Shown here: positions 1 to 10,820 of the stretch, piece by piece
Layout: each line of letters starts with the position of its first letter
Position numbering within the stretch: position 1 is the first letter of the stretch
Source of the DNA: Perkinsela sp. CCAP 1560/9
Lineage: Eukaryota; Protista; Euglenozoa: Kinetoplastea
Direction of reading: 5' to 3'
Assembly (NCBI GenBank): GCA_965644495.1
Contig: CBFFSA010000001.1
Coordinates: 1 to 64,000, forward strand
DNA: 64,000 bases
The notes under the pieces: model-generated
The model's database searches: none
The model's input: the letters and a program-made list of their open reading frames with translations, nothing else
What the model was told of the DNA's origin: nothing
Program-made: the position numbers and the translations under genes

Positions 1-583
1 CTGATCGGACAAACCTGTGGCAAACCTCTCTCGTTCGGCGAACCGTTGCCTCCCAGTATGTTTGCAATGATTTCCCGGTGTTTGGATCAACCTCTGTAGC
101 CGTCATAAACCAGAACTTTTGTTTGCGGACTTGTCTCCCGCGATGGTGCAGGCGTTTCCCAATGTATGTCTCATCCACTATAACGTACTTCATGAGCATG
201 TGCGGGGAACGGGGAATGCTGAATATGCGTTCAATTTCACTTAGGTCTGTAAGAACTGAACGAAGAGACCTGAGCGCTTGCAAAGCTGCGTTCAAGGGCA
301 GGTTACCTTGCGCTAGAAGCAGCCAACATCGAAATTTATCAACAATTCGACAGTTTAAAGGAAAAAAGGGGCCAAATTTCGGAATTTTTAGGCGGCACTT
401 CGAACCGTCTTCGAGTTTTTTGAAGCATTGATCGCTTCTCGGTTTCTCTTTGCAGCGAAGACACTGTGTATAAGCCCCGAAAGAGTGATTTACTAGCCAG
501 GAAACAACATTCTCTGACGTTATTTGCAAAATTGACGTAACTAGCGTCAAGCACGCAAAAGTTCTACACCCTGAGCAGTCCAT
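1..583 (-). mobile_element. Merlin (IS1595/ISXO2-like) transposase, N-terminal ~194 aa, running off the left edge (absent from ORF track)
   Basis: Manual translation from ATG at 583 is open to position 1: MDCSGC...QCLRCKEK...QCFK...SKCRL (Zn-ribbon-like), then YVIVDETYIGKRLHHRGRQVRKQKFWF...VRRTREVCHRFV. This matches the Merlin VEIDESxFGKRKYxRGR-x-W motif around the first catalytic D. Confidence 0.85.
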
Positions 584-764
584 TCAATGGTTTAAGACGT
601 AAACAAAGCTTAAAAGTGGGTGAAAATGACTCAAAACTATCAAGTAAATAATTAATCACACATATTTTTTTGACAAAAAAAAGTAAAAAAAAAATGAAAT
701 TTAGGGTACAGTTTGACTGCATATTACCCAAAAATAGTTTTTCAAAATCGTTTTGCGTATTGTA

Positions 765-860
765 TTTTGAGAGTTTGGGACCTATACTACCTTTCTACGC
801 CGTCAGTTTCACAAGATACGCCTTCTTGGAGCTGTGGTACGCCTTCCAAAATAACCCTTT
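765..860. repeat. Dispersed ~90-bp TE-associated module
   Basis: GAGAGTTTGGGACCTATACTA..CTTTCTACGCCGT..TTTCACAAGATAC..CTTCTTG is near-identical to the reverse complement of ~46100-46190. Partial copies at ~60500-60550 and ~39010-39065. Confidence 0.85.
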
Positions 861-1500
861 ATTGACCTAAATATGCGGAAAAAGTAATTTTCGGACCCTA
901 AGGGTCGTTTTGTGTCGGAAAAATGGTGTGGTTGGAGTCGTATTCTCTACTCAATACGTTCTGTAGCCTTGAATGCATGCCTACGAGTGATTTCCCACAA
1001 GCAAATGTCGGATTTAGCGCACTGAGCAAAAATACGCAAAAATGACCCCATTTTTACCTGAAAATCGGCTACCTTTTACTCAAATCCTTCCGGTTTCTTC
1101 TGCTTTCGAAGGGAATTTTTATTTTTTTGGTTCATCGTTAAACGCGGTGGTAGTTTTCAACGCGAAGATATTGGGGAGTTGCTGTTCCCCTGAACATGAT
1201 ACCACGGACAGCGCATAGCAACTCCCTCAATTTGGTGGACTGACATTGACAACCCACCCCCCATATACCCCCCATAGACCCCCTTAGAGCCCCCCTTGCC
1301 CCCCCCCCTAGACCGTCAATTCTTTTCGATTTTTCCTTTCAATTTTGAACCACCGGAGCCCCCTTTTATATACTTCTCTTCTAAATCTTTCTTTATGTTG
1401 TTCCTCTTTATATTTTCATTTTTTTTGTTCACTTTTTTCAACAAGGGTAGAGAGGTAGTTATACAACCACTGCAATATTAGATTACTAAACGGTGTTACA

Positions 1501-1778
1501 GGATAACATACCCCCCCCGATATGTTATCGTGTTACAGGTACATGTTACAGGTATGTTATGCTGTTACAGGTATGTTAACTTTTGTGCAACTCTGTACTT
1601 GAATGCTCATGTTGATAAGAAAACAAAAAAAATGATCAGTACTACACATGTAAAAAAAAATCTCAAAAAAAAAATTGACCCCCAAACTCCAAAATCCAGA
1701 GGGGGGGGGTATGTTATCCACTGCTGTTCACGATAGCATACCCCCCCGGTATGTTGTCGTGTTACAGGTATGTTATCC
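1501..1778. mobile_element. MITE-like element with internal GGTATGTTATC/TGTTACA repeats
   Basis: Inverted core GGATAACATACC (1501) / GGTATGTTATCC (1767-1778), with about seven internal copies of the motif. TSD not resolved. Confidence 0.55.
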
Positions 1779-1974
1779 CGGGTCCCGGTTTGCTGTGTTC
1801 CTCTTTAATTTTCGACGAATTTTCGACGACTACCGCGCTTAACGGAACGATAAAAAAAGAAAAATCATTTTCTTCAATAGCTCTTTACCGGGAGATGCAA
1901 CTAATTTCATTTATTAGCAACAATTTTTTTTCTTAGAAAGGTTGATCATCCATCGATTGTCCCATTAGCGCCGA

Positions 1975-2709
1975 ATGCTGAGCCGCTCGCTTCAGCAGTT
2001 CTCCGTCCGCCCGGTCCACCCATGCCCGAATCCCGATGCTGCGTTTTTCCTCGGACCCAAGTTTCTCCCCTATAAGGTTGCGCCGGTGCCAGGGAATCCG
2101 TACGCGTTCCTGGAACACGATGGCGTCTCCGAGGGGTACCAGCAAGGGTTTCGTCCTCGGGATATCCACTGGCTGTACCGCTGGCGGCATAACCTTAACC
2201 CGCGGTGCCGGGCGGTCGGGCGGTACACCTCGCAGAACCCCATGGGCCTCCAGGTCCACTGGCTGGAGAACACAACCACAATCAAGGTGGCCCGGCACGT
2301 GTTCTCCGAGGAGTGCTTCCCCCACCTGATGTGCTGGCTGGTGGTGTCGGCGTACACCTTGTGGCACTGCTGGTGGTACCTGTACGAGCACCCCGACGTC
2401 ACGATGCGCCACTTGGCCATGTGGATGACGAAGCCCTATGTGACGTTCTGCCGCAATGATGAGCTCCACCCGATGGAGAAGCCCGTGTTTCGGTATTTTC
2501 AAGGCACCAATGAGTTCTATCTCCCCCAGCTGCACCGGGAACTTGTGAACGCGGGGGTGGTGGTGAATGACCCGTGGCTGGAGTACTGCAAGGATGAGGG
2601 CATCTTTGATGAGCTTAAGAAGTATCCCAACGAACTGAACGGACGCCAGTGGCCACCGAAAACAAAAACAAAGAAAGAGAAAGCGCGCAAAGCCTTTTCC
2701 TACTACTGA
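1975..2709 (+). CDS. Probable mitochondrial single-pass membrane protein (weak NDUFA4/B12D-like motif)
   Basis: 244-aa ORF, strong GC3 bias, N-terminal MLSRSL presequence-like start, one TM segment followed by YLYEHPDV. T-tract+AG (ttttttttcttag) lies ~40 nt upstream. Confidence 0.6.
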   Translation: MLSRSLQQFSVRPVHPCPNPDAAFFLGPKFLPYKVAPVPGNPYAFLEHDGVSEGYQQGFRPRDIHWLYRWRHNLNPRCRAVGRYTSQNPMGLQVHWLENTTTIKVARHVFSEECFPHLMCWLVVSAYTLWHCWWYLYEHPDVTMRHLAMWMTKPYVTFCRNDELHPMEKPVFRYFQGTNEFYLPQLHRELVNAGVVVNDPWLEYCKDEGIFDELKKYPNELNGRQWPPKTKTKKEKARKAFSYY

Positions 2710-3241
2710 GTTTGGTAAAAACCAGGGAGCAAGATTGGAATATGGCGAGTTGTGGAGAAAATTACAATGGATGGACTATATGTTTGGAATACGCATTTTT
2801 GATTAAAAAAATAATGAAGATACAGGTACATAAAGAACCACTGTATTGCTGAACTTGGAGAAAAGTACCGCGGAAGGCAATTTTTGTGTTTTTTTTACCT
2901 ATTGAAAAGATATACCTTTGAAAATCAGGGAGATATTTTTACTTGATTTATGATACCTCGGATATCCTTTGTATTGATCAGACGAACCACATTTTATAAG
3001 GGAGTTAAAGATTGCTTAAGCTGTGCATAGTACCTAATTCCAGCACTTATACACAATCTTAAAAGATGATTTGTGAACAGTGCTCATGCCATTGAATGAT
3101 ATTACAGAGGTATATTACACGCATGTAGGAGGAGCAGAGTTTTGCGGAGATACAAGTGCATGCCTTCTAACTCTGTATTTTGCGCAACGCGTGTCTCACT
3201 CTACGTAATATACTTTTGTTCTCCATATTTTTTATGACCTT

Positions 3242-5968
3242 ATGAAGGAACCGCCTCATGCGGGATTGGTTGGTTGGTTTCTGTTTCCAGATAGCGACTG
3301 GTTCCCGGGTATGCTGCTTAACCCAGCAGAGAACGAGGCGCATAGGACGGAGGAGTCAGACGTGGGGGCAGACACCCTGGTCATGTTTTTTCCTGCAGAA
3401 AGTGCATGGTTGTGGTGGACGCACACATCCACTTTCGAAGAAATATATCGCCCCCTTGAGGACATCAATGTGGAGGAAGTAGCCTCTCGACTGAGTACGG
3501 AACAATCAAGAGACGAGCTTCTTTATGCTTACGGGCAAGCCGTAGCATCACAGAGTGCGGAAAAAGCTGACTCTGATGAACACGACCAGAAGGGCACGTA
3601 TACTGAGGTGTCGCCCTCGGAACTTTGTCTCGAAACGTCCCCTTCACTGTCTCCGACACGTCATGCTGCTCCTACTGATGCATTTGGGCAAGCCGCATCG
3701 TCACAAAGTACGGAAAAAGCTGCTTGTGACGAACAAGAGCAGAAGGGCACGGATATCGAGGTGTCGTCGTCGGAGCTTCAGTTAGAGACAGAACATCCCC
3801 CTTCACAGACTCCGACACGTCACGCTGCTCCTACTGAGGAAAGCCTCGTCCAAGATACAAACACGTCTGATGGGTCACCGAAACCCGTAAGAACAAAGCG
3901 TGGCGCGAGTGGGCATCAAAATTGTGTAATTTCCCTGAGAAATCAGTGTTTGAAACGAAAATCCGAGCCGTGGGGAAGCGGAAAAAGTGTTTCATCTCCA
4001 CGACGAGTAGTAGAAATCGACATGAATCAAGCTGCACAGCGGAAATATGACACCCTCCGCGCCGTGAGCTGTTCGGACCAGATGATACTGTCTGCATTGA
4101 ACGCCTACCATGAAGAAGACACAGATCCTTCAGGCATGGTCAGTGTCAGGTTTACGCCTCAAAAGAGAGACGCTTTCTGCCATCCCTTTCGCATCTTGAA
4201 TGATTTTCTCGTGCAATCCTCACCCTCCTTAGGTCTATCGGCAACCCCAAGCGATGACTCCGAGCTCTCGATTCATTTCCCTCCTCCACACGATTTCCCA
4301 TTTCACACCCTACGGGATGCCCTCTTTCCTTCCTTCCGAGTTTTATTAAAAAACCGAAAACCCCCACCTACCTCCCCCAAACTCCACATCGCATTTCCCA
4401 CCCTCCCCATCCCCCCTTTGCACAAACGAAGCCAACAACCACCCGATCATCCCACCTATACGAGTCAAACCATAACAGCAACAGCAACAGCAACAACAAA
4501 TGTGCTATCCCAGGCACCCCACCCCCTCACTGCTCCTTTATCCCCACAACCGGGTTCATCCCATCCTACCCCACAAGGGGAGAAGAATAAGAACAAGAAC
4601 AATAACTTAACTCCCTCTGCAGGACTTAACTGTACGAATAATGACTTAACTCCCGCTACAGCACTTAACACGAATAACGACTTAACTCCCCTTGCAGCAC
4701 TTAACCATACGAATAACGACTTAACTCCCGCTACAGCACTTAACACGAATAACAACTTAACTCCCCTTGCAGCACTTAACCATACGAATAATGGCTTAAC
4801 TCCCGCTACAGCACTTAACACGAATAACGACTTAACTCCCCTTGCAGCACTTAACCATACGAATAACGACTTAACTCCCGCTACAGCACTTAACACGAAT
4901 AACAACTTAACTCCCCTTGCAGCACTTAACCATACGGATAACGACTTAACTCCCGCTACAGCACTTAACACGAATAACAACTTAACTCCCCTTGCAGCAC
5001 TTAACCATACGAATAACGACTTAACTCCTGCAGGACTTAACAACCGTAACGACTTAACTCCCTCTGCAGCACTTAACCATACGAATAGCGACCTAAGTCT
5101 CTCTACAGGACTTAACAACCGTAACGAGTTAACTCCCTCTGCAGCACTTGACAACAGCAATACCGTAACTCCCCTCGCGGCACTTCACCACAGCCCTAAC
5201 CGAACGCCCCCTACAGGACCCCCCACGCCTCACGACGTATCCCCCCCCGCACGCCTTACCCCACGGATCCCCCAGCCCTCTTCGGTCTCCACAGCGGACA
5301 CCCCCCTCCTCGGTGGATCCCCCGCACTGCGGTGGCCGCTGCGTGGGGGGGAGGAGGGGGAGGGGGAGGCAGGGGGGGGCACGGGGGGGAGGGCGGCGGT
5401 ACGGTTTTACGTGAGACACGCGTATGGGGAGAGGCCGTGGGGGGAGAGGGGGGGGTGGGGAGAACCCGGGGAGGGGCGAGAAACGGAAACGGCAGAGGAA
5501 GGGTGGGGGGAGCGTGAACACGAAAGCGTGATGGGGATCGAAACAGGAGAGGGGGGGGAGGGGGGGGAGGGGTATTCGTCAGAGGGGTCGGGAGGGAGTG
5601 GGCGGGGTGGGGAGCGAGGTACGAGTCCAGTGAGGAAGGGTGAAGAGAGGAAGACCTCGACGAGACGTGGGGAAAAGGGGGGAGGGAGGGTCTATGATGG
5701 GGTCGCGGCAACGGTGTACAGCGCGGTTCGGAAATACAGGGGAAACGGGGAAGGAGATAAGGGAAAAAGGTTGAGCTCTGCGGATGAAAAGGCGATGGTG
5801 AGAAAGCTCGCGTCCCGATGGTGTAGGAACAGGTTTCGGGAAATGAACGGGAATGTGATTATAGGAAAGCATCGCCTCTCGGAAAGCCTACTTTCGAAAA
5901 CGCAGCGTTGCAGGTTGTTTCAAGCTGTCAAGGTGTACTTGAGGCGCCGGAATGAGGAAAACAAGTGA
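3242..5968 (+). CDS. PWWP-like N-terminal domain protein with internal repeats and Pro-rich then Gly/Glu-rich low-complexity regions
   Basis: 908-aa ORF. LVGWFLFPDSDWFPGML...LVMFFPAESAWLW resembles the PWWP fold. Contains a duplicated ~47-aa block and a 25-aa tandem repeat. Confidence 0.6.
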   Translation: MKEPPHAGLVGWFLFPDSDWFPGMLLNPAENEAHRTEESDVGADTLVMFFPAESAWLWWTHTSTFEEIYRPLEDINVEEVASRLSTEQSRDELLYAYGQAVASQSAEKADSDEHDQKGTYTEVSPSELCLETSPSLSPTRHAAPTDAFGQAASSQSTEKAACDEQEQKGTDIEVSSSELQLETEHPPSQTPTRHAAPTEESLVQDTNTSDGSPKPVRTKRGASGHQNCVISLRNQCLKRKSEPWGSGKSVSSPRRVVEIDMNQAAQRKYDTLRAVSCSDQMILSALNAYHEEDTDPSGMVSVRFTPQKRDAFCHPFRILNDFLVQSSPSLGLSATPSDDSELSIHFPPPHDFPFHTLRDALFPSFRVLLKNRKPPPTSPKLHIAFPTLPIPPLHKRSQQPPDHPTYTSQTITATATATTNVLSQAPHPLTAPLSPQPGSSHPTPQGEKNKNKNNNLTPSAGLNCTNNDLTPATALNTNNDLTPLAALNHTNNDLTPATALNTNNNLTPLAALNHTNNGLTPATALNTNNDLTPLAALNHTNNDLTPATALNTNNNLTPLAALNHTDNDLTPATALNTNNNLTPLAALNHTNNDLTPAGLNNRNDLTPSAALNHTNSDLSLSTGLNNRNELTPSAALDNSNTVTPLAALHHSPNRTPPTGPPTPHDVSPPARLTPRIPQPSSVSTADTPLLGGSPALRWPLRGGEEGEGEAGGGTGGRAAVRFYVRHAYGERPWGERGGWGEPGEGRETETAEEGWGEREHESVMGIETGEGGEGGEGYSSEGSGGSGRGGERGTSPVRKGEERKTSTRRGEKGGGRVYDGVAATVYSAVRKYRGNGEGDKGKRLSSADEKAMVRKLASRWCRNRFREMNGNVIIGKHRLSESLLSKTQRCRLFQAVKVYLRRRNEENK
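4600..5160 (+). repeat. Coding minisatellite, 75-nt higher-order unit (36+39 nt)
   Basis: Alternating TNNDLTPATALN / TNNDLTPLAALNH, about five near-perfect units with degenerate flanks. Confidence 0.95.
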
Positions 5969-6302
5969 AGTTTATCGTGTGTTGCATGTTTTCGTGTAAA
6001 ATACTTTTTCTTTGCCGCGTGATTGAATTGTAAATACTTGCATGGGTAGTGTATAGTTTAGTGCAGAGGGATTGTGTAGGGAAGTAGCCGTGTAATTTTT
6101 CTATAGCAAATTTGATTGGACGGTGAATTGAACTCGATTAATCTTTTACCAATGTATAGCTTTATGATTTGGAACCTGTTAATGATGAAGTCTACGTGTG
6201 GAACATTTCCGAGGACAGGTCATCGTAAAACTATGCAGTTATAAGAAGTTATGTGAATGGAATGCATTTAAATACATGTAAATCGGAACGAAGTACGCAA
6301 AA

Positions 6303-7577
6303 ATGTCCATAGATTTTCCACTGGACGGGATAGCACAATGCCTAGCATTTTTACATGCAGAAGAAATCGAACGTTGTCTTTTTGTGTGTAAAAAATGGAG
6401 AACCTTTCTTGAGAAGTCTCCACACCCGTGGTTACGCGATGTATCGAGTAAACTTCGAACATCTTTTACTTTCTGTGATACGATAGGAAGGAACTCCTTG
6501 ATTTATGAAACCCCGGGCCATGCTGTTCTCTCGTCCTCTCAACAAACACACACAGACCGAATATGTCTTGCAAAGTGTCTCTGTACGCAAGGGCAGCAAA
6601 ATTTGCTTTCCCTTCCGTCATGTCCTGTTCTTGCCGAAAATGACCCTTTCGTGTCCTCTTTTTGTCGCGCTGAAAAAAGTCTGGTACATTTTCAACCTTC
6701 AATGGGCTCATATAGAGAACTGTTTCATAGGTTACGGACTCTTTATGAATCGAATTTTCCAGGCCAAGCCGCAAATAACGTTTTCAAACAAGCCCTGTTT
6801 GCCACAAGCACGGATCAAGAAGGCCAATCCCTGGGCTGTACGCTCACGCCCAACCCGGTCCCTTTTTGGAGCAGTTCATCCTGTCGGGAGGTCGAAACCC
6901 AAATCCTAATTTATGCCACAAAACCCAATACACTTCTCTCTGATATTGAGATTACGTTTTACCAGGAGCTGCGACAAACTGGATTTCCGATTTACTCCTG
7001 CGAGAGGATTCGATTTTCATTTGGTTCCTGCTACACCTTTGGGGAGACCAGGGGACGCAAATGTCCAGAACAGAAGCAAAAGACAGACGGAAGAATGGTA
7101 GATAATCTTCTACCGAAAAACATACAATGGATGGGTCATACAAAATGGTTGGCATGCCAACACACCGAGCAGCCGCAGCGGTTCTCCTTTGGGTGTATGC
7201 TGCCGTTTGAGTTTGTCCAAATCGAGCTCGCAGGGCCTCGAACGCTCCAGGTCGATTTTGATAACCAGCCCTATATTTGTATTCGTGAGGCACGAGCCAT
7301 GGGTTTGTCGTATTGGGATGAAAGGTTCCACAAAAAGATTCGCGAGTCCATGGCTGGGCAATGGGTGCGTTTTTTACGTTCGAGTAAACATGTCGAATCG
7401 AGGCAGAGGAAGCAAGAAGGGAATCGTGCTGCGTTTTGCTCTCGACTGAAAATGTTTTATTCAACCTTGAAGGAGTTTAATGAAGCATTGCGGTGTGAAA
7501 ACGTTCCCCATGAAAGACTACGCGACCTTTTACAAATGCTTGATTCGGATTGTTTGTATTTCGAGCCTGGCCTCTAG
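6303..7577 (+). CDS. F-box protein (At4g00755-like family)
   Basis: N-terminal F-box FPLDGIAQCLAFLHAEEIERCLFVCKKWR. C-terminal ATSTD..QSLGCTL..FWSS..LIY..GFPIYSCERIRFSFG motif set typical of that family. Confidence 0.8.
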   Translation: MSIDFPLDGIAQCLAFLHAEEIERCLFVCKKWRTFLEKSPHPWLRDVSSKLRTSFTFCDTIGRNSLIYETPGHAVLSSSQQTHTDRICLAKCLCTQGQQNLLSLPSCPVLAENDPFVSSFCRAEKSLVHFQPSMGSYRELFHRLRTLYESNFPGQAANNVFKQALFATSTDQEGQSLGCTLTPNPVPFWSSSSCREVETQILIYATKPNTLLSDIEITFYQELRQTGFPIYSCERIRFSFGSCYTFGETRGRKCPEQKQKTDGRMVDNLLPKNIQWMGHTKWLACQHTEQPQRFSFGCMLPFEFVQIELAGPRTLQVDFDNQPYICIREARAMGLSYWDERFHKKIRESMAGQWVRFLRSSKHVESRQRKQEGNRAAFCSRLKMFYSTLKEFNEALRCENVPHERLRDLLQMLDSDCLYFEPGL

Positions 7578-7591
7578 TTTAGGGTTAGCAA

Positions 7592-8536
7592 ATGGAACTT
7601 CAACAAGGGAAAATCAGGTCCTCTTGTAGACGCGTGGTCGTAGTTGATCTCTTATTTATTGCACTTTACTTTTTTCACTACGGGATTGACCGAAAGAAAC
7701 TTGTACATGAATCGCGTATGACTGTTTTTCGTATAGACCTTCAATTTGCATTTATTAAATCTTATTTACTACGAAACATTTGGGCATGTAGTTTTCATCC
7801 CCTGCAATGTCTCAGACAAATGAAATGGTCTTCACGTTTACCACTTAAACTTTCGTTCCGCAGTCAGAGAAGGATTTATCCTCTGAAGATATGGGCTTTG
7901 GTGAGTGTATTCGTCGTTGCATTAACACAGCTTGGAAATCTGTTTGGCGCATCGAATCGATGCGAATTCAAACCGACGGATAACTTGTTTTTAGGGACCA
8001 ACTTGAACTTGACTCACTTTTCGACAAGTGCATTCGCTGAGGCTGAATCGCACCTTTTTTCAACTGGGAATGTGGCGTTTGCCGTTTACGGAACGCGGGA
8101 AACGTTTATGGAATTCTCATACAATATTGCTCGGGCTATGAGCAAGAACCCTGAGAGAAGTATTACCGAGGACGCTCGAGTGTACAACGTAGAATCATAT
8201 GATGAGGAAGTCATCCAAACCATCATTAACGACAGACCACCTTCTTCGTTCTATGTGCCCTGTAGGATCATAAATTTTCTCAACTCGAGTAAACTTTCTC
8301 ATACCTTCCGCATTCATTTAAAAGCGATTCTTGACCAAGGCTACAACCCCGCCTGTCGTCGATTTTGTTGTGGCAAGCTCATATTTCTGTTTTTATTCTC
8401 TCCAGTAGACATCGATGCGATTGAGGATGGGAAAATAGTAAAACAACCCGAGGAAATCTTGCTGCACCTTAAAATAAGAAAATTAAAGATCTTTTCCTCC
8501 AGAGTAGAACATTTACTGCATCCTATTGTGCTGTGA
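7592..8536 (+). CDS. Hypothetical protein, possible type II membrane protein (start may be ATG 7820)
   Basis: 314-aa ORF with hydrophobic IWALVSVFVVALTQLGNLFG. No recognised domain; the C-terminus may be degenerate. Confidence 0.4.
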   Translation: MELQQGKIRSSCRRVVVVDLLFIALYFFHYGIDRKKLVHESRMTVFRIDLQFAFIKSYLLRNIWACSFHPLQCLRQMKWSSRLPLKLSFRSQRRIYPLKIWALVSVFVVALTQLGNLFGASNRCEFKPTDNLFLGTNLNLTHFSTSAFAEAESHLFSTGNVAFAVYGTRETFMEFSYNIARAMSKNPERSITEDARVYNVESYDEEVIQTIINDRPPSSFYVPCRIINFLNSSKLSHTFRIHLKAILDQGYNPACRRFCCGKLIFLFLFSPVDIDAIEDGKIVKQPEEILLHLKIRKLKIFSSRVEHLLHPIVL

Positions 8537-8850
8537 TTGGGGTTTGAAGGTTGCCTTAAATCACTGGCTTCGTAGAAGCTACATTTGTATTTGTTGTGCG
8601 CCTAGCAATTATATGTTCTTACTGAATGTTTTCTTTACCTTGTTATGCATACCCTTGTTACACCTTACCCTCTACCTTGCCCTATATCTTACCCTTGTTA
8701 AGGTATCTTAGTAATTTTCTGTGTCGTCTTTCGCAAGTCTTTATGTATGTGTCTATCCTTGTTAAAACCATTATTTTTGTATCGATAGAATTAACATACT
8801 TTTTAGAATAATAGACTTTTAATAGAAAAAAATAGAATCCTTTCGACACC

Positions 8851-10005
8851 ATGAATACAGCAAGTGTTGTAAGCACTGGGATCTGGCTGAACGCAGTGGA
8901 GAATATCGTGCGATATACAATCTGGAGGCAGCTGAAGCAGACCTCATTGCTAATCACAGAAGCTTCCTTTAGCTTTTTGAATGTCTTTAGATACATCAGA
9001 ACATTTCTTGAGTCGAACAGGCTTTCGCTAAATGATATCAGCCGAACAATTGTTGCAGATTTCTTCTATGGCTTTGTACAGCAAGTACAGCGACTCATTG
9101 AGCTTTTCATCACACTACGATGTAATGGAAATAGAAATTACCTCACCGCTTTAAGCATTGTTGTTATTGAAGCTCTGAAATGTCGAATTTCATTCATTTA
9201 CCGTGAAGACTTGCACACAACATTCTATGATGGCTTTTATCAGTTTGTGAGAAATATGAAATCTGTCATTGCAATCCTTTACAAAATGGTCCGACTACCA
9301 CGCAGATCCATCACTGTAGCGACGAGAACAGACCCTGAGAAAAATGAAACTGCAGCGCACTGTCAATTGCAGGTTCCACGAACGAACTTAACGCGCAGAA
9401 CGTACGCTACCGAATACTGTGGAAACGCGAAATCAGATTTGTCGGCTAATTGCGTTAGTCTAAATGCGTTCATGGTCTCAACCGTGGATCGATTCTACAT
9501 GATCCGTCCTCTTTTATATTCCATTGTTAATTTGTCTTGTACAATACGCAACGTACAGAAAAGTGAAGCGAACTGCATAGGCACAGGGTGGGGAGCCTGG
9601 GTAGTAATGTTTGTCGCGGACTGCGTAGCCTGCACGCTTTCCGAGAACATTGCATCAGGAAAATTTAAAGAGCCCATTACTCTACATGGACATAATACAA
9701 TTGACGAGTCGCGCAGAGATCTGCTCCAAGAGAAAAAAGAATTCGCTTCGAACTCCAACAATATGCCGCCTTACTTCTGCAACGGAGCATCACAGTGGGA
9801 AGTCTTGAGATATCGTCGAATGCTCATCATATGGAATTTCTTTAAACAACCGTTCTTTAACATCTTTTTTAAAAAAGCCTTGACTGATCTTTGTACCCCA
9901 GGAGGCTTTTTCGATGGTATACCTTTACTTGGGGGCACGATGAAGCAATACATGAAACATTACTTGAGCTTGCTCGACCTATCTTGGTTTATCACAAGCT
10001 ATTGA
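8851..10005 (+). CDS. PEX16: Peroxisomal/glycosomal biogenesis protein Pex16
   Basis: YMIRPLLY..WGAWVVMFVAD..EVLRYRRMLIIWNFFKQPFF..IPLLG..WFITS matches the Pex16 C-terminal motifs; also IVVIEALKCRI. Confidence 0.75.
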   Translation: MNTASVVSTGIWLNAVENIVRYTIWRQLKQTSLLITEASFSFLNVFRYIRTFLESNRLSLNDISRTIVADFFYGFVQQVQRLIELFITLRCNGNRNYLTALSIVVIEALKCRISFIYREDLHTTFYDGFYQFVRNMKSVIAILYKMVRLPRRSITVATRTDPEKNETAAHCQLQVPRTNLTRRTYATEYCGNAKSDLSANCVSLNAFMVSTVDRFYMIRPLLYSIVNLSCTIRNVQKSEANCIGTGWGAWVVMFVADCVACTLSENIASGKFKEPITLHGHNTIDESRRDLLQEKKEFASNSNNMPPYFCNGASQWEVLRYRRMLIIWNFFKQPFFNIFFKKALTDLCTPGGFFDGIPLLGGTMKQYMKHYLSLLDLSWFITSY

Positions 10006-10243
10006 GGAGAACGACAAAGGGGTAAAAAATGGGTCAAAGTGAGGCATTATTGCGCCTTTTTTGAAAAAAATAAATGCAGATATCTTTTTACGTTTATGGG
10101 CCGCTACTACTTATTTCTTTTGATTTCGCTTCTAAAAAGATGAGTCTTCACATTAATTAGAGATCTTCGCACAGCTGTTTTAAAAGATCTCCCTCGCTGT
10201 TTCCGATCTTCAGACCATTGACGACGTCTCCGCTGAACTTTGG

Positions 10244-10453
10244 TCAATCTTTTCTTTCTTCATCAAAGCACCCAACGGTCCCATTCCTACGGGATCGTAC
10301 TGCCTTCTTGAGTATCTCACTCATGCGTTCAACCGTGTTGGTGTGCACCAAAGATCGTCGACGATTAACTGTCTCATGCCGCAAGTCTTTTCCCAGCGAG
10401 CGACTCGCTCGCCAGCCATCAGCGCGCGTTACGGTTCGGCTTCCAGCAGACAA
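10244..10453 (-). pseudogene. Merlin transposase C-terminal remnant
   Basis: VTRADGWRASRSL..HETVNRR..VHTNTVERMSEILKK corresponds to the IS1595/Merlin xSDxWxxY...HxTVNH...HTNTIE motifs, with substitutions. Confidence 0.75.
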
Positions 10454-10820
10454 CTTAATTAATTGTGTTATTGTGCGCAGTTCATTGTGATAAACCGAAA
10501 AAAGTTTGTATTTTTAATAATCTGACACACTCTAAAAGAAAACATACTTGTTTCAAACGAATATTTGAAAATTGGAGAAAAATATTTTTTTGGCGCAATA
10601 ATGATTCACTTTCACCAAAAAATGAGGTAAGGAAGCAATGTGATGGATAAACTCGTGTGACTTTTGGAGGGCAGAGGTTTATACCATTCGCGTCATAAAG
10701 AATTCTTCAAGAAGCGTAAGCTTTATTCTGTTTTGCTCTCTTTAAATACTTCTTCAGAAGAGAAATAGCTCTTTATAGGGGTTCTTGGTTTTGCATTTTT
10801 AAACTCTTTTTACAAAACAA

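Noticed and set aside
4600-5160. CRISPR-like array
   Set aside because: No unique spacers; it is an in-frame coding minisatellite.
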